DNA of 42,517 bases from Chiloscyllium plagiosum (GCF_004010195.1 NC_057718.1:94652297-94694813); one strand, 5' to 3'; shown: positions 1-11,460, counted from the stretch's first letter. Numbers and translations: made by a program. Notes: generated from the sequence alone by a model not told the origin.

Positions 1-318
1 CCCTGGGGTTGGAGAGTCCAGAACTAGAGGGCATAGGTTTAGGGTGAGAGGGGAAAGATATAAAAGAGACCTAAGGGGCAACTTTTTCACACAGAGGGTG
101 GTATGTGTATGGAATGAGCTGCCAGAGGAAGTGGTGGAGGCTGATACAATTGCAACATTTAAAAGGCATCTGGATGGGTATATGAATAGGAAGGATTTGG
201 AGGGATATGGGCCAGTTGCTGGCAGGTGGGACTGGATTGGGTTGGGATATCTGGTTGGCATGGACGGGTTGGACCGAAGGGTCTGTTTCCATGCTGTACA
301 TCTCTAAGACTCTATGAC
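1..318 (+). mobile_element. CR1-clade LINE (HER1-like) 3' end
   Basis: Translates as ...RYKRDLRGNFFTQRVVCVWNELPEEVVEA..TFKRHLD, the CR1 ORF2 C-terminus, followed by a 3' UTR and a GACTCTAT-type tail. Confidence 0.9.
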
Positions 319-719
319 TTTAAATGTATCACTATCATCTGGTGAGTTTTTGAAGAAGTAGAATCTTTGATCTTGAGTTAGAAGTCTGTGGGGAACATTT
401 GCCTCTGAATCAGAAGCCTTCCTGCCCACATTATCAGCTGTCAGATGGTCAGAGATTAATTGAAGACACTGTCCCAACAGGTAGTGTGGAACCCTTGGAA
501 GTCCCAATGCACAAGCTCTGTGGGAATTTCCTGGGAAGTTTAAACCCCTGTTTCCCAAAAATCACCAACAAAGCCGAGTTTAAGGAAGAGACTTCTGATG
601 GTTCCAATTTACCTTCTAGTAACGTGAGGAAAATCCAAATCCAAGTAGTGAAACAACGTACCTCCTTAATTACTTACATTGATACCCTAGCCCTCCAAAC
701 CTGGCTCAACCATCCATGA

Positions 720-1120
720 TATGACCTGACTAGCCCAGCCCAATTCCCCTTTCTGACCTGACCAGACCCAACCTCACCATTTGGATATCCCCAATCCCCA
801 CTGACTACCTCCTAACCCTGACCTGATTGGCCTCTAACCTGACCAAGCTTGAATTGCCCCCAAACCTCAACCTGACTAGCCACTGAGCTGACAACCTGCT
901 GCTACCCAACCACTCCCAACCCTTCTCCCATCCTACCCTCTTCACCCATTTACCACCTGACTCAACTACCACCCTCTCAACATGGCACCATAATTACCTG
1001 AAATCCTCCCTCCTCCCCTGTCCACCTTCTATAATACCCACCAGCCACTATATACTCCATCCATTTATTTTACAAACTCTACCCTCTAACCCACTTGGCT
1101 GACCCAAGTATCCTCTTACA
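720..1120. repeat. C-rich low-complexity region with recurring ACCTGAC / CCTGACT motifs
   Basis: Repeated ACCTGAC-like words and strong C over G skew. Confidence 0.5.
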
Positions 1121-1369
1121 TACTTTACTTCTCTATGTAGCTTTTCAAAGATGTTTTACCTATGGGAATATGGCTACCAATGCTGTAAAAGACGGTGTAA
1201 CTTCTGCATGGACTTTCTGAACTGCTCCCTCTGAGGGTTGAAAGCTCCTCCGATGGAATAGCACTCAGAAAAATCAGAGGATGATAAATAGGATTTTTTT
1301 TGCCTGACTGGGATCAGAACTAAAAAAAAGAGGTGTGGGCCCCCCATCTGGACTGCTGCTGCTGAGAGA

Positions 1370-1790
1370 GGCTGGCTCTGTCAGAGGCTCTGCCTTTTGG
1401 CTGAGATGTTTAAACAAGTCCTGTTATCTGCACAGTTAGACATAAAATATCCCACGGTGCTATTTGAAGGTAATAGGGGATTTTTGTCAAACCTTGCAGC
1501 CCAAGTTTATTTCTCAACCAACAACAAAAGGAAAAACCTATTTTGGGGTGAACTTTGGGTTTTGCTTATCTGTTGGAACATCATCAGAAGAATTACGAAA
1601 AGGGTTAATTAGCAGAACGGCTGTAGAGATCCACTAGTCCTAACTTGTTTGTGGGAACTTTCTGCACACAAATTGCCTTTTTCCTTCATTTAGCAGAATC
1701 AATATTTCAGAGTTACTTGATGGGCCATGAAATTCCTCAGAATAACTGGACATGTGGAAGGCGTCATGTCGAAGATGATTCATTCCTTTA
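1370..1790 (+). mobile_element. Old Deu-domain SINE (SacSINE1/AmnSINE-like)
   Basis: Degenerate match to the Deu core: GAGATGTTTAAAC...CATAAAATATCCCACGGTGCTATTTGAAG...TTTATTTCTCAACCAAC. Confidence 0.6.
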
Positions 1791-2060
1791 CTCAAAGGAA
1801 CATTGGCTCATCATCTAATCAAGTTAATACCAAGCCATTCCATTAAAAATCAGCTCTTGCTTAGCCAAGCACAGTGCAATGTTCCTGTAAAACAGCTTAC
1901 TAATTGAAGAAGCATGTCTACTCAGTGGTTAATGTCACAATAGGGATTAAAATTTTACTTATGGTTATCACATAAGTATTATGCTACTGCATTGTAACAG
2001 CTAAATTGACTTGTTCATTAATCTGAAAAATACAACTAAATATTCCATTGTTTATAATAT

Positions 2061-2816
2061 TATGACATGGCGGTGAACCCTTCTGCGAATGAAACCAAAT
2101 ATCCAGAAAAGTTACCCTCGCCTCGTAATCTGTTAAAATATGAGTGACAGAGAACTCCCAAATTCCACTGTTAAAAGAAAATAACATTGATTTATTATTT
2201 AACACTAAATAGTGAACATTAAACAATAACTATTCACAACTCTGTGCCCCCTTTCTCTTAACTGCTTATTATCTGCCTCCAACTCTATAACAATATGCTG
2301 TTCCAATAAGACAATTATTAAAATTACATCAACTTAATATCAATACCATACAGTGGCTGTCGTCTTTGGTGTCTTTCTTCTTCCAGCTGAAGTCATCTTT
2401 TTTCATTTACTATGAATATATTTAATATGAAAAGGTACCTTTGATAGAGAGTGTTTCAAAGTCTTGGGTCTCTCTCGATGGCAGTTACTTACTCTGATTT
2501 TCAAAATGCCTGCCTTTTTTTTATATCCCCAACATTGGATCATCTTATTGGTTCAATATTGGCAAAACAATAAATTCAAATTCAATTGGATTTTAATATC
2601 CTGGGGCATAATTTAAACTGATTGGTTAAATTTGAATTGTTGTCAAAACAGCAACCAACTCAGGTATCTATTTCACACCAAATGTTACATATTTTCAATT
2701 TTCCAGGATGCACTGAGATTGCTAGTAAGTCACATGACAGGTGCCTGCAAGCTCTTAGTGCAAAACAGCCTTCACTCTCTCTTAAAGCTGCAGTACACAC
2801 CTTCAACTTCAATGCA
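2061..2816 (-). mobile_element. Probable degenerate solo LTR
   Basis: Ends resemble decayed TG...CA termini. There is a minus-strand AATAAA near 2191 and it resembles a shark LTR-type repeat. TSD not clean. Confidence 0.4.
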
Positions 2817-3009
2817 GCATCACCCCAGTGAAGACCTTTGCAAGTTGTATGATTAAGGTGTATTTTTGGAGAAGATGTTTGTCAAAGGGGATGAATCCAA
2901 TCTTGTAATATTATCATTCCTCATGCCATTTCCCATTTCAAATAAAGACTGAAAGAAGTGTAGTCTATAATTACTACTTTAAGATGTGCTTTCACTCTTT
3001 GCTTTGCAG

Positions 3010-3072
3010 TGAATGAACGATCAGAAGAGGATATCTAATGAGCAAGCGATCCTGTAGTTTGCAATGGAGGAA
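3010..3072 (+). CDS. PRDM2: PRDM2-like start-codon exon (5' UTR 3010-3063, coding 3064-3072 = MEE)
   Basis: Acceptor ttcactctttgctttgcag ends at 3009, strong Kozak context GCA ATG G, 9 coding nt, then donor GTGAGT at 3073. The phase-0 junction joins the 5934 exon in frame and mirrors the three-residue (MNQ) first coding exon of human PRDM2. Confidence 0.7.
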
Positions 3073-4540
3073 GTGAGTTTAATCGTAATTTAGATCCTTT
3101 CATATGTGGGGTGAATTCTGTATTATTGTCTTGTACGTTGCTGAAAGGGAACAAAATTAAATGTCTTGTACAAAGTACAAGATTGGAAGAAGGAGATGCT
3201 AGTTGCAGTTGGCATATTTCCCTTTGCTCCTGAACTACACATTTTTTTTGTTCAAAATCCTTTGCTGTTTTCATGACCTAGAAATATAGGTTGGTGACCA
3301 TGATTGTTTTAATTTCATGTGTGGCTTAATATTTTTTTGTTAGATTTGTTGGATGTGGAACAGATCCTTGTGTTAAATGTCCAAAGTTGTCAGGTGGATA
3401 CAAACCACAACATTTCCAAATCATGGTAATTGTGGTTCTCTCTGCTATACATGCATCCCAGTGCAATCGCATATTTCAGTATGTCTACTTGAGGGATGAT
3501 GCTTATTTTTAGATTGTTAATAATATCACCCACCTTAGCAGAGGTTATTTCTGAGGAATTTATATTCGCATTCCACCGTCCTCATTTTCAACACTTTTGA
3601 AAAACAAAAAGACAGAATCCTGGAGATTGCAAGAATTGCTTGTTTTTATATCCAATATTAAAAAATTCAGGAGGTATCTATGCACAGAAAAGTAAGGCTA
3701 TTGGCCTGATTTTTCCTCTGTTAGTTGGGTAACACAAGCGGATGGAGTCTGGAGCACTGTCCCCCACAATCAGAGGCAACCACAAGGATTTCTGAGTGCC
3801 AAGTATATGTGTTAAAAGTTGGTTGAGAATTTGTACTCCCATTAAGTTGTAACTTCTTCCATTGGTACTGCTGGGGAGAAGTTGACCACTTTTTGAAATG
3901 GTAATGCACTGTTTTTCTGAGAGCTCTTTCTGTAAATGGCTAAGTATTTATTTGTACAAAACAAACAGATGTCCAGTGCTTACACCTTCTTGTAAGGTAT
4001 CAAGTGCTTACTTTAAATATCATGTTGACTAGGGCTCCAGTTTAAGGAAATTATGAATGTTTGTTTGTATTTTTTAAGCACTCTGCACATGCCATTGTCA
4101 CTACAGAATTAATTGGTTGTGTACAGAATATATATAAGTTATGGGGAGTCTGTGAGATCTTGGGGTAGGGGAGTGAGATGTGAGGCCAAGATGGGTGGCA
4201 GGTGCAAGTTGGTTTTGAGGTGTAATGGGAGATGCAGTTGACATAAAGGGGACGTTGGAAAATCAGTAAAACCTTGTTATTTTTGAAAAGGCGCCAGAAT
4301 CCAGACTCGAGACTCCTCTTAAATCCGTGAACAAAGGGGCATAGAAAAGGGCCTTTCAGATGCTTGCATCCCCATAATGAGTTGACAGTGTTGCAAATTC
4401 CCACGACTTTATCTCATGCCAGGGAAAATTACTGCCACCTACCTTTTTTTCAAAGGTCTTTGAAGTCTTCGCAACGCCAGGAAAATCCAAACCAGTGTTT
4501 CGGTCAATGACCTTCTTATCAAATCAAATGGTGTAATTGT

Positions 4541-5420
4541 ACATGGAGTCATACAGCTTGGAACCAGACCCTTTGGTCCAACTAGTCCATGTTGATCATA
4601 TTCCCAAACTAAATTAGTCCCATTTGCCTGTGCTTGTCCCATATCCCTCCAAACCTTTCCTATTCATGTACTTATCCAAATGTCTTTTAAATGTTGTAAT
4701 GGTACCTTCATCCACCAGTACTTCTGGCATTTCATTCCACACACAAACCAACCTCTGCGTATAAAAAAAGTTGTCCTTCATGTCCTTTTTAAAACAATGT
4801 CCCCACCCTAGGGAAAAGACGCATACTTATTCACCTTGTCCATGCCCTTCATGATTTTGTAATCCTCCATAAGGTCACCCCTCAATCTCCCATGCTCCAG
4901 TGAAAGAAGTCCTGACCTACCCAACCAGTTTTAAAACTCAAACCCTCCATCCCTGGCAACATCCTGATAAATCTTTTCTGAACCCCCTCCAATTTTAATA
5001 ATAGCCATCCAATAGCAGGGCAGCCAGAATTGCTCCAGATGAAGCCGAACCAACGACCTGCACAACTTCAACATGACATCCCATCTCTTATACTCAACAG
5101 TCTGAGTAATTAAGATAAGAATGCGAAACTCCTTCATAGCCACCTTATCTACCTTTGATGCAAATTTCAAAGAATTGTGTATCTGATCCCTTCGATCTGT
5201 CTGTTTTACAATATTTCCCAGTGCCCTATCATTAATTCTGAAAGTCCTGCCCTTCTTTGTTTTACCAAAATGCAATGCCTCGCATTTATCCAAATTAAAT
5301 TTCATTTGCCACTCCTCAGCCCATTGACCAATTTGATCAGGATCTTTTTGTTATCTTTAGATAACCTTCATCACTGTCGACTAGACCATCAATTTTGGTA
5401 TCATCCACAAGCTTACTAAT
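4541..5420 (-). mobile_element. CR1/HER1 LINE, 5'-truncated and decayed
   Basis: Minus ORF MKFNLDKCEALHFGK...LVRLHLE is CR1 RT C-terminal sequence. The HER1-type 3' end lies near 4541. Confidence 0.9.
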
Positions 5421-5933
5421 GTAACTACTTCACTGCCTGATTATTGTAGCTAAACCTATTCCTTCCTTCACAGCAATATTAATAACAAGGGTTTCTAGTT
5501 AATAGCTGAAGATCAATGGCCTTATTTTCATCTCCAAATATAATGGTCTGAAGTAATGTGAAATGAGAAAATTGAAGCTCTAATCGAGATTAATTAGCTC
5601 AGCCTAAATCTTGGAGAGTGGGTCAATCCTGAAATGCTTGGCTTAGTTACTCACTGGACAAATTTTATGGTCCATTGGACTATTTGAGATGAAAAGTTCA
5701 ACAGTGCCCTGTTTTTGTTCAATATCCAGTACTGTTTTCTACAAGAGAATAGGAGGTTTTAGGATGCTAACACCATCAAAAACAGTTTCACCGCAGTTCA
5801 AATTAACTTATTACATTTAATAGAACATTTTCTAATAAGCTGCTGTGCAAATCCAATCCTTTCTTTGCCAATGTATTCCTTAACTAATAGTCTAGTTCAC
5901 AAAATAATCTTCCTTATTATTCTTAATATGCAG

Positions 5934-6051
5934 AGCGATCCATTAACTGCACCTGAAATTGAGATGTTAGCTGATGTGCCTCAGCGTGTGTTGAAGGGAC
6001 TTCCTCAAGAGGTGACTTTAAAACCATCAGCAGTTGATGAGAAACGCTTAG
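5934..6051 (+). CDS. PRDM2: PRDM2-like coding exon (start of PR/SET region), 118 nt, phase 0 to 1
   Basis: Acceptor ttattcttaatatgcag and donor G|GTGAGT. Translation SDPLTAPEIEMLADVPQRVLKGLPQEVTLKPSAVDEKRL(G) aligns without gaps to human PRDM2 NTTEPVAATETLAEVPEHVLRGLPEEVRLFPSAVDKTRIG as recalled. Confidence 0.92.
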
Positions 6052-6207
6052 GTGAGTGTTTTTGGACAATGTTTCATGAACCTAAAGACTGGCACTAGAT
6101 GCTGTCTTTTGCAAAGCTTGCAGTTTTAACATGCATTATTTGAACTTCTGTCTTGTTATCTTATGGAGGAGCTGGGTTCAAGTGCATTATGTTAAAATAG
6201 ATGATTG

Positions 6208-6343
6208 GAGAGTGTGGTGCTGGAAATGCACAGCAGGTCAGGCAGCATCCGAGGAGCAGGAGAATCATCAGTTCCTGAAATGCCAATTCTCCTGCTCCTC
6301 GGATGCTGCCTGACCTGCTGTGCCTATCCAGCACCACACTCTC
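6208..6343. mobile_element. PLE-derived hairpin element (family 1)
   Basis: 58-nt near-perfect inverted arms at 6208-6265 and 6286-6343 with a 20-nt loop. Confidence 0.8.
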
Positions 6344-6389
6344 GACACCCTCAGTATTTCTCTGGAGTGTTGATGTGGCATACCATTAC

Positions 6390-6832
6390 TGATTTGATTT
6401 ATTTATTGTTGTCGCATGTACCTAAGCAGTGTGAAAAGCTTTGTTTTGCAAGCAGTCCAGGCAGATTAATGCAAACAGGGACATACAGATCACAGGATGC
6501 TTAGACAGAGTCAGGCGTACAAGATTATGGCTGCACAGGAGATCCGCAAAGCAAGATCAACATTTTTTGAAGTTAGCGAGGTCCATTCATCAGTCTAATA
6601 ATGACCGTGAAGAAACTGTTCTTGAACCTGTTGGTGCATGTGTTTAAGCTGCTGTATCTTTTGCCTGACAGAAGGGGTTGTAGGAGAGCATTACTGGGGT
6701 ACGATGTGTCTTTGACGATGTTGGCAGCTTTTCCGCAGCAGTGAGAAGTGTAACTGGAGTCCATGGATGAGGGTGGTTGGCTTCTGTGATGGTCTGGGCT
6801 GAGCACACAACCCTCTGGAGTTTCTTACAAGC
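6390..6832 (-). mobile_element. Rex1/Babar LINE 3' fragment
   Basis: Minus translation KLQRVVCSAQTI...KAANIVKDTSYP..LLSGKRYSSL..TNRFKNSFF matches the Rex1 C-terminal signature. Confidence 0.8.
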
Positions 6833-7005
6833 AAATAACATTTGCAGAGGTGTGTTCACATCCCCACTCCCAATTGCAGAACAAAACAAGAAAAATAAAA
6901 ACAAAGCCTAGACATTACAGCTGCACATGTACAAAACGGGTAATATATGAGCTAAGCAACTTTATTTTATCCAGCATTATAAGTTCTAAACTATGCTGTT
7001 ACATT

Positions 7006-7213
7006 AAATAAAAACTGAAAGAACTGCAGCCATTGTAAATCAGAAACAAAAACAGAAGTCGCTGGAAAAGCTCAGCTGAGAAACCAGTTAACATTCTGGG
7101 TCCAGTGACGCTTCCTCAAAATGGGTCACCGGACCCGAAACGTTAACTCTGATTTCTCTCCACAGATGCTGCCAGACCCTTTGAGCTTTTCCAGCAAGTT
7201 CTGTTTTTATTTT
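7006..7213. mobile_element. PLE-derived hairpin element (family 2)
   Basis: Inverted arms AAAAACAGAA..GCTGGAAAAGCTCA / TGAGCTTTTCCAGC..TTCTGTTTTT with central GGGTCACCGGACCCGAAACGTT. An 11-bp direct repeat GCTGTTACATT sits at 6995-7005 and 7389-7399. Confidence 0.75.
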
Positions 7214-7380
7214 AGAATTAGATTCACTACATTGTTGAAACAGGCCCTTCAGCCCAACAAGTTCACACTGACCCATTCTCCTACATTTACCCCTGACTTA
7301 TGCACCTAACCTCTACATCCCTGGACACTGTGGGTAATTTGGCATGGCTAATTCACCTAATCTGCATATCTTTAGACATC
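7214..7380 (-). mobile_element. HE1 SINE 3' fragment
   Basis: AAACAGGCCCTTCAGCCCAACAAG...CCTGGACACTGTGGG, the same as full copies in this window. Confidence 0.8.
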
Positions 7381-7469
7381 TTTTGTACGCTGTTACATTG
7401 TTAACGAGTTATGCAAGTCGTTTACAGTATAGTTCCAAAAGCATCAATGTCAAGATTTAAATCCCTACC

Positions 7470-7510
7470 TCTTTCTTTCTTTCTCTCTTTCTCTCTCTCT
7501 CTCTCTCTTT
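7470..7510. repeat. (CTTT)n/(CT)n microsatellite
   Basis: Direct inspection. Confidence 0.85.
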
Positions 7511-7844
7511 GTCTACACCCACCAGAGCCCTGCTTCCCTCCCACAGGCTGGCTATTTCAGATTAATGAGAATAGCCGCTGGGACAAGCAACTTTATTTAT
7601 ATGTCTGGACTGGAGAACCGGGGATGGTTTAGCTTAGAGAAGCAAAAACTGTGAGGTGGTTAGATAGATGTGTTCAAAATCAGGGGATACATCGACAGTG
7701 GAGATGGAGAGAAACTGTTCCTGTTGTTAGAAGAGAGTCTGAGGAACTGATATAAGGACAAACCAACTGTGACACAGGGAAAAGCTTACTGACTTAGCAA
7801 ACAATTTTGAAAGGCCTCCCTGTTTGTAAGCATTGCGTTGACTT

Positions 7845-7956
7845 TCTTATCCATTTAAGAGAGCAGATGGGACCTTGGTTTAACATCTCACCTCAACAAC
7901 GACGCCTCTAACAGCTGAACACATCCTCAGTATTGCACTGGGGTGTCAGCCTTGAT
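7845..7956 (-). mobile_element. Deu-domain SINE 5' fragment
   Basis: GAGAGCAGATGGGACCTTGGTTTAACATCTCA...CCTCAGTATTGCACTG. Confidence 0.6.
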
Positions 7957-7971
7957 GTGGTATACCACTGC

Positions 7972-8166
7972 TGATTTGATTTATTTATTGTTGTCTCATG
8001 TACCTAAGCAGAGTGAAAAGCTTTGTTTTGCGAGCAGTCCAGGCAGATCATCGCAAACAAGGACATGCAGATCACGGGGTGCTTGGACAGAGCGAGGTGT
8101 ACAAGAATATAGCTGCACAGGAGGTCCACAAAGCAAGATCGACATTATTTGAAGTTAGGGGGTCCA
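7972..8166 (-). mobile_element. Second copy of the Rex1 3' tail (duplicate of 6390-6585)
   Basis: Colinear similarity to 6390-6585. Confidence 0.75.
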
Positions 8167-8353
8167 CAGAAATATATAAATAGGAACAAGAGGAGGCCAT
8201 TCTTTATGATCACAGCTGACTTCCAACTCAATCCCCTGTTCCTGCTTTCTCCCCACACCTTTGATTCCTTTAGCCCTGAAAACTGTATCAGTTTATTTCT
8301 TGAAACTGGTCGATGGATTGGCTCTGATTGCACTCTGCAGCAGAGGATTCCAC

Positions 8354-8545
8354 TGAACAAAAACTGAAAGAACTGCAGATGCTGTAAATCAGAGACTAAA
8401 GTAGAAATTGCGGAAAAGCTCAACAGGTCTGACGGCATCTGTGCAGAGAAATCAGAGCTAACGTTTCGGGTCAAGTGACCATCCTGATTTCTCTCCACAG
8501 ATGCTGCGAGACCTGCAGAGTTTTTCCAGCAATTTCTGTTCTTCT
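8354..8545. mobile_element. PLE-derived hairpin element (family 2) inserted in a CR1 remnant
   Basis: Inverted arms, flanked by CAGAGGATTCCAC (8341-8353) and CAGAGAATTCCAC (8546-8558). Confidence 0.75.
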
Positions 8546-9289
8546 CAGAGAATTCCACAGACTCACCAGGCTCTGAGTGAAGAAATTTCACCTCATCTCA
8601 GTCCTCTGGGGTTTTCAAAGCAAATTGGAAAGGCACCTCAAGAGGAAGGTTATGTGGATAGGGCAGAGGAGTGGGCCTAACTGGGTGACACTTGCAGAAA
8701 GCCAGCACGGACACACCAGGCTGAATGGCCTCTTTCTGTGCCGGAACCAATCTGTCATTATCAGATTGCCCCATTGCATCGCTTTGTCCAGTTGGCTGAA
8801 AGCACACAGGTTTTGTTCAAGCATTGATGCTATGGGTGCATCTTTGCCATTTACTGTACTTTGTAATGGAGACTTTCATTTGTTGTTTTGACCGCAGGAG
8901 CTGGCTCATGATTTTTGCTCATGACAGATAATAGTGATTTAGAACTTCATGTTTGCATAATAAAGCCCTTATCTCAGTTTAGCAGGAGCTTGTTTCGCAA
9001 CAAGAGTGGTGAGTAGTGCTTTTGGACTGACACCAACACCGTCCAGGCAAACACAGTACCTTTCCAAGCAAGTGCAAAATCTAGCTTACTGCCTTTTTCT
9101 TCAAAATGGAAACCAGTCCATGATAATCCAAGCTATCAATTGTAATTTGTAAACCAAACTGTTAAAACCTCAGAAATATGAATCAACAAACTTGCTGAGT
9201 GTCCTCAGGGCTCCAATTTCGTCTTCTTCCTGAATTCTCTGCCCAAAATCATGTCTGACGCACAGCTTCACAACTTTGTTTGAGTTCTG

Positions 9290-9722
9290 AGGAAATGCTG
9301 GATAGGCAGGGACGTCTTTCCTCACTGGAGCGTAAGAGGTTGCGAGGTGATCACACAGAGGTTTGCAAAATCACGAGGGATATAGATAAGGTGAATGGCA
9401 GGTGTCTTTTCCCACAGGGTGCAGAGTTTCAAATCTCGGGGGCACTTTTTTAAGACGAGAGAGGAAAGATTTAAAAAAGATGAGGGGCAGTTCTTTTTTA
9501 CACAGACTGGTTCCCTTGTAGAATGAACTTTCAGAGGGAGTGGCGGATGCGGATGGCAGTTACAATGTTTAAAATTCATTTAGATAAGTACATGAATAAG
9601 AAATATTTGGAGGGATATTGGCCAAGCGCAGGCAAGTAGTTTATTTTGGTCCTATGGTCAGCATGAACTGATTACACTGAAGGGTCTGTTTCTGTGCTGT
9701 ATGACTCTGTGACTCTATGACT
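9290..9722 (+). mobile_element. CR1/HER1 LINE 3' end
   Basis: CTGGATAGGCAGGGACGTCTTTCCTCACTGGAG... ending in a GACTCTGTGACTCTATGAC tail. Confidence 0.85.
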
Positions 9723-9906
9723 TTCAGCGCAGGTATAACAAGGAGATAGATCCCAAGTCCCTCCTCACTAGAACAGGGGTTGAACACTGTGTTGTTGACC
9801 ATGAACTGATCCATATTGACCATCCAGTTTGTAATTTTATGATTGGGGTGGGGTCATGGAAGATGTTGTGTCCTTGGTAGGATCTAGACAGTCTGCTAGA
9901 GTCTAG

Positions 9907-10043
9907 CATCACATTCCTGATGAAGAGTTTATGCTCAAAACATCGACTCTCCTGCTCCTCAGATGCTGCCTGACCGGTTGTGTTTTTCCAGCACCATACT
10001 GTTTGACTCAGATCTCCTGCATCTGCAGTCCTCACTTTCTCCT
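9907..10043 (+). mobile_element. Hammerhead-bearing PLE-derived short element (family 1)
   Basis: CTGATGA AGAGTTTATGCTC AAAA (degenerate core). 13-bp TSD TGCTAGAGTCTAG at 9894-9906 and 10044-10056. Confidence 0.8.
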
Positions 10044-10526
10044 TGCTAGAGTCTAGGCTGAAGGTAAGATTTTTATTTAACATTCCGTTAACTATTTACA
10101 TCATCAAGCATAGCAGAAGATTATACACTGGACTGTCTTTCCCCAGAGTCTGCAGCTGTGGGAAAGGAGGAGGTGGCATCAACGTGATCATGTCACTGGA
10201 TTAACAACCCTAATCCCAGGCGATGTTGCAGAGACATGGTTGAGGGGAATTCATGTGTAACAAAGTAAAAACCCTGAAGGGTGTTAAAAGAAAAAGCCAA
10301 GAATTTTAATTGGGCCTCAGCCAAAATTGAGACCTGTCCCATTGGGAAGCAGCTGGAAGATGCCCAGGATGGAGCAAGAAACAAGCTTGGGAAGGGGCGA
10401 AGCAACTATAGGTTTCACTGCAAGCCTAGTTCACCACAGTCCTGCCTGATTTCCAGGTGCTAAGGTATCACAGGCCTGACCATTCAGATTGTGCTAAACC
10501 TTCTGCCCTATTCTCAAGATCCTGAT

Positions 10527-10656
10527 CCCTGATGAAGGGCTTTTGCCCGAAGCGTCGATTTTCCTGCTCCTCGGATGCTGCCTGACCTGCTGTGCTTTTC
10601 CAGCACCACTCTATTCTTGACTCTGATCTCCAGCATCTGCGGTACACCCTTTCACC
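10527..10656 (+). mobile_element. Hammerhead-bearing PLE-derived short element (family 1)
   Basis: CTGATGA AGGGCTTTTGCCC GAAG CGTC (GAAA changed to GAAG) followed by the family-1 arm. Confidence 0.8.
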
Positions 10657-10875
10657 CTGCTGTGTTCCCAGCCCAGTTTAGAACTGCAGCTCCCAGGCAA
10701 CATGGCAATACACGGTTAAAACAGAAACAGAAGTGGTCAGGTAAAATACACCAGGCTTCAAGAGTCAGGGGCCAAGGAGGAGATGAAAGCACAGGACCAC
10801 CATCGCCCACCAGTGCTCCTCATTAACAGCTCAGAGCAACTTTTAGCATCACTAACCTTGCTTGCACTATCTATT

Positions 10876-10968
10876 CCTGAAGAAGGGCTTATGCCCGAAA
10901 CGTCGATTCTCCTGATCCCTGGATGCTGCCTGACCTGCTGCGCTGTTCCAGCAACACATTTTCAGATT
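10876..10968 (+). mobile_element. Hammerhead-bearing PLE-derived short element (family 1), intact core
   Basis: CTGAAGA AGGGCTTATGCCC GAAA CGTC at 10877-10904. 15-bp TSD CTTGCACTATCTATT at 10861-10875 and 10969-10983. Confidence 0.85.
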
Positions 10969-11157
10969 CTTGCACTATCTATTGCCTTCCTTCAATCCAG
11001 CTTTCTGGAATTTCCCTCATTTGACAACAAATACTGGCATAGACATCAATGGAGCACTCTCAAGATTTATTATAATATTTATTAGAAATAATCATGAAAC
11101 TTAGACCGTTCCGATCACACCCATTATTCCTCTTCATTCAAAGTTACTTAAACCCAA

Positions 11158-11460
11158 GTCATCGAATCCCTACAGTATAGGACAGGCCATTCAGCCCACA
11201 ACAACCCCCCAACTGGCATCCCACCCAATCTCTGTAACCTTGCATTCCCTATGGCTAATCCACCTAATCTACACATCCTCAGACATTATGGGCAATTCAG
11301 CATGGCCAATCCGCCTAACCTGCACATCATTGGATGGTAGGAGGAAACCCATGCAGACATGAGGAGAATGTGCAGACTCCACCCAGACAGTCACCTGAGG
11401 GTGGAATCGAACCCAGGTCCTTGGCGGTGTGACACAGCTGTGCTAATCACTGTATTGCCC
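11158..11460 (-). mobile_element. HE1 SINE (V-SINE)
   Basis: tRNA-like head on the minus strand (GGAATCGAACCCAGGTCC on +), V-domain and HER1-like tail. Confidence 0.85.

Noticed and set aside
3680..3697. Alternative start exon ATG CAC AGA AAA|GTAAGG (MHRK), phase 0
   Set aside because: Weak Kozak context and no convincing acceptor. The 3010-3072 exon fits the PRDM2 structure better, though this could be an alternative exon
5865..6098. 77-aa ORF as a stand-alone gene
   Set aside because: Only 5934-6051 is homologous to PRDM2. The rest is intron read-through
6208..10983. Recurring GGATGCTGCCTGACCTGCTG words suggesting a CRISPR-like array
   Set aside because: Irregular spacing, both orientations, individual TSDs and a eukaryotic context indicate dispersed retroelement derivatives
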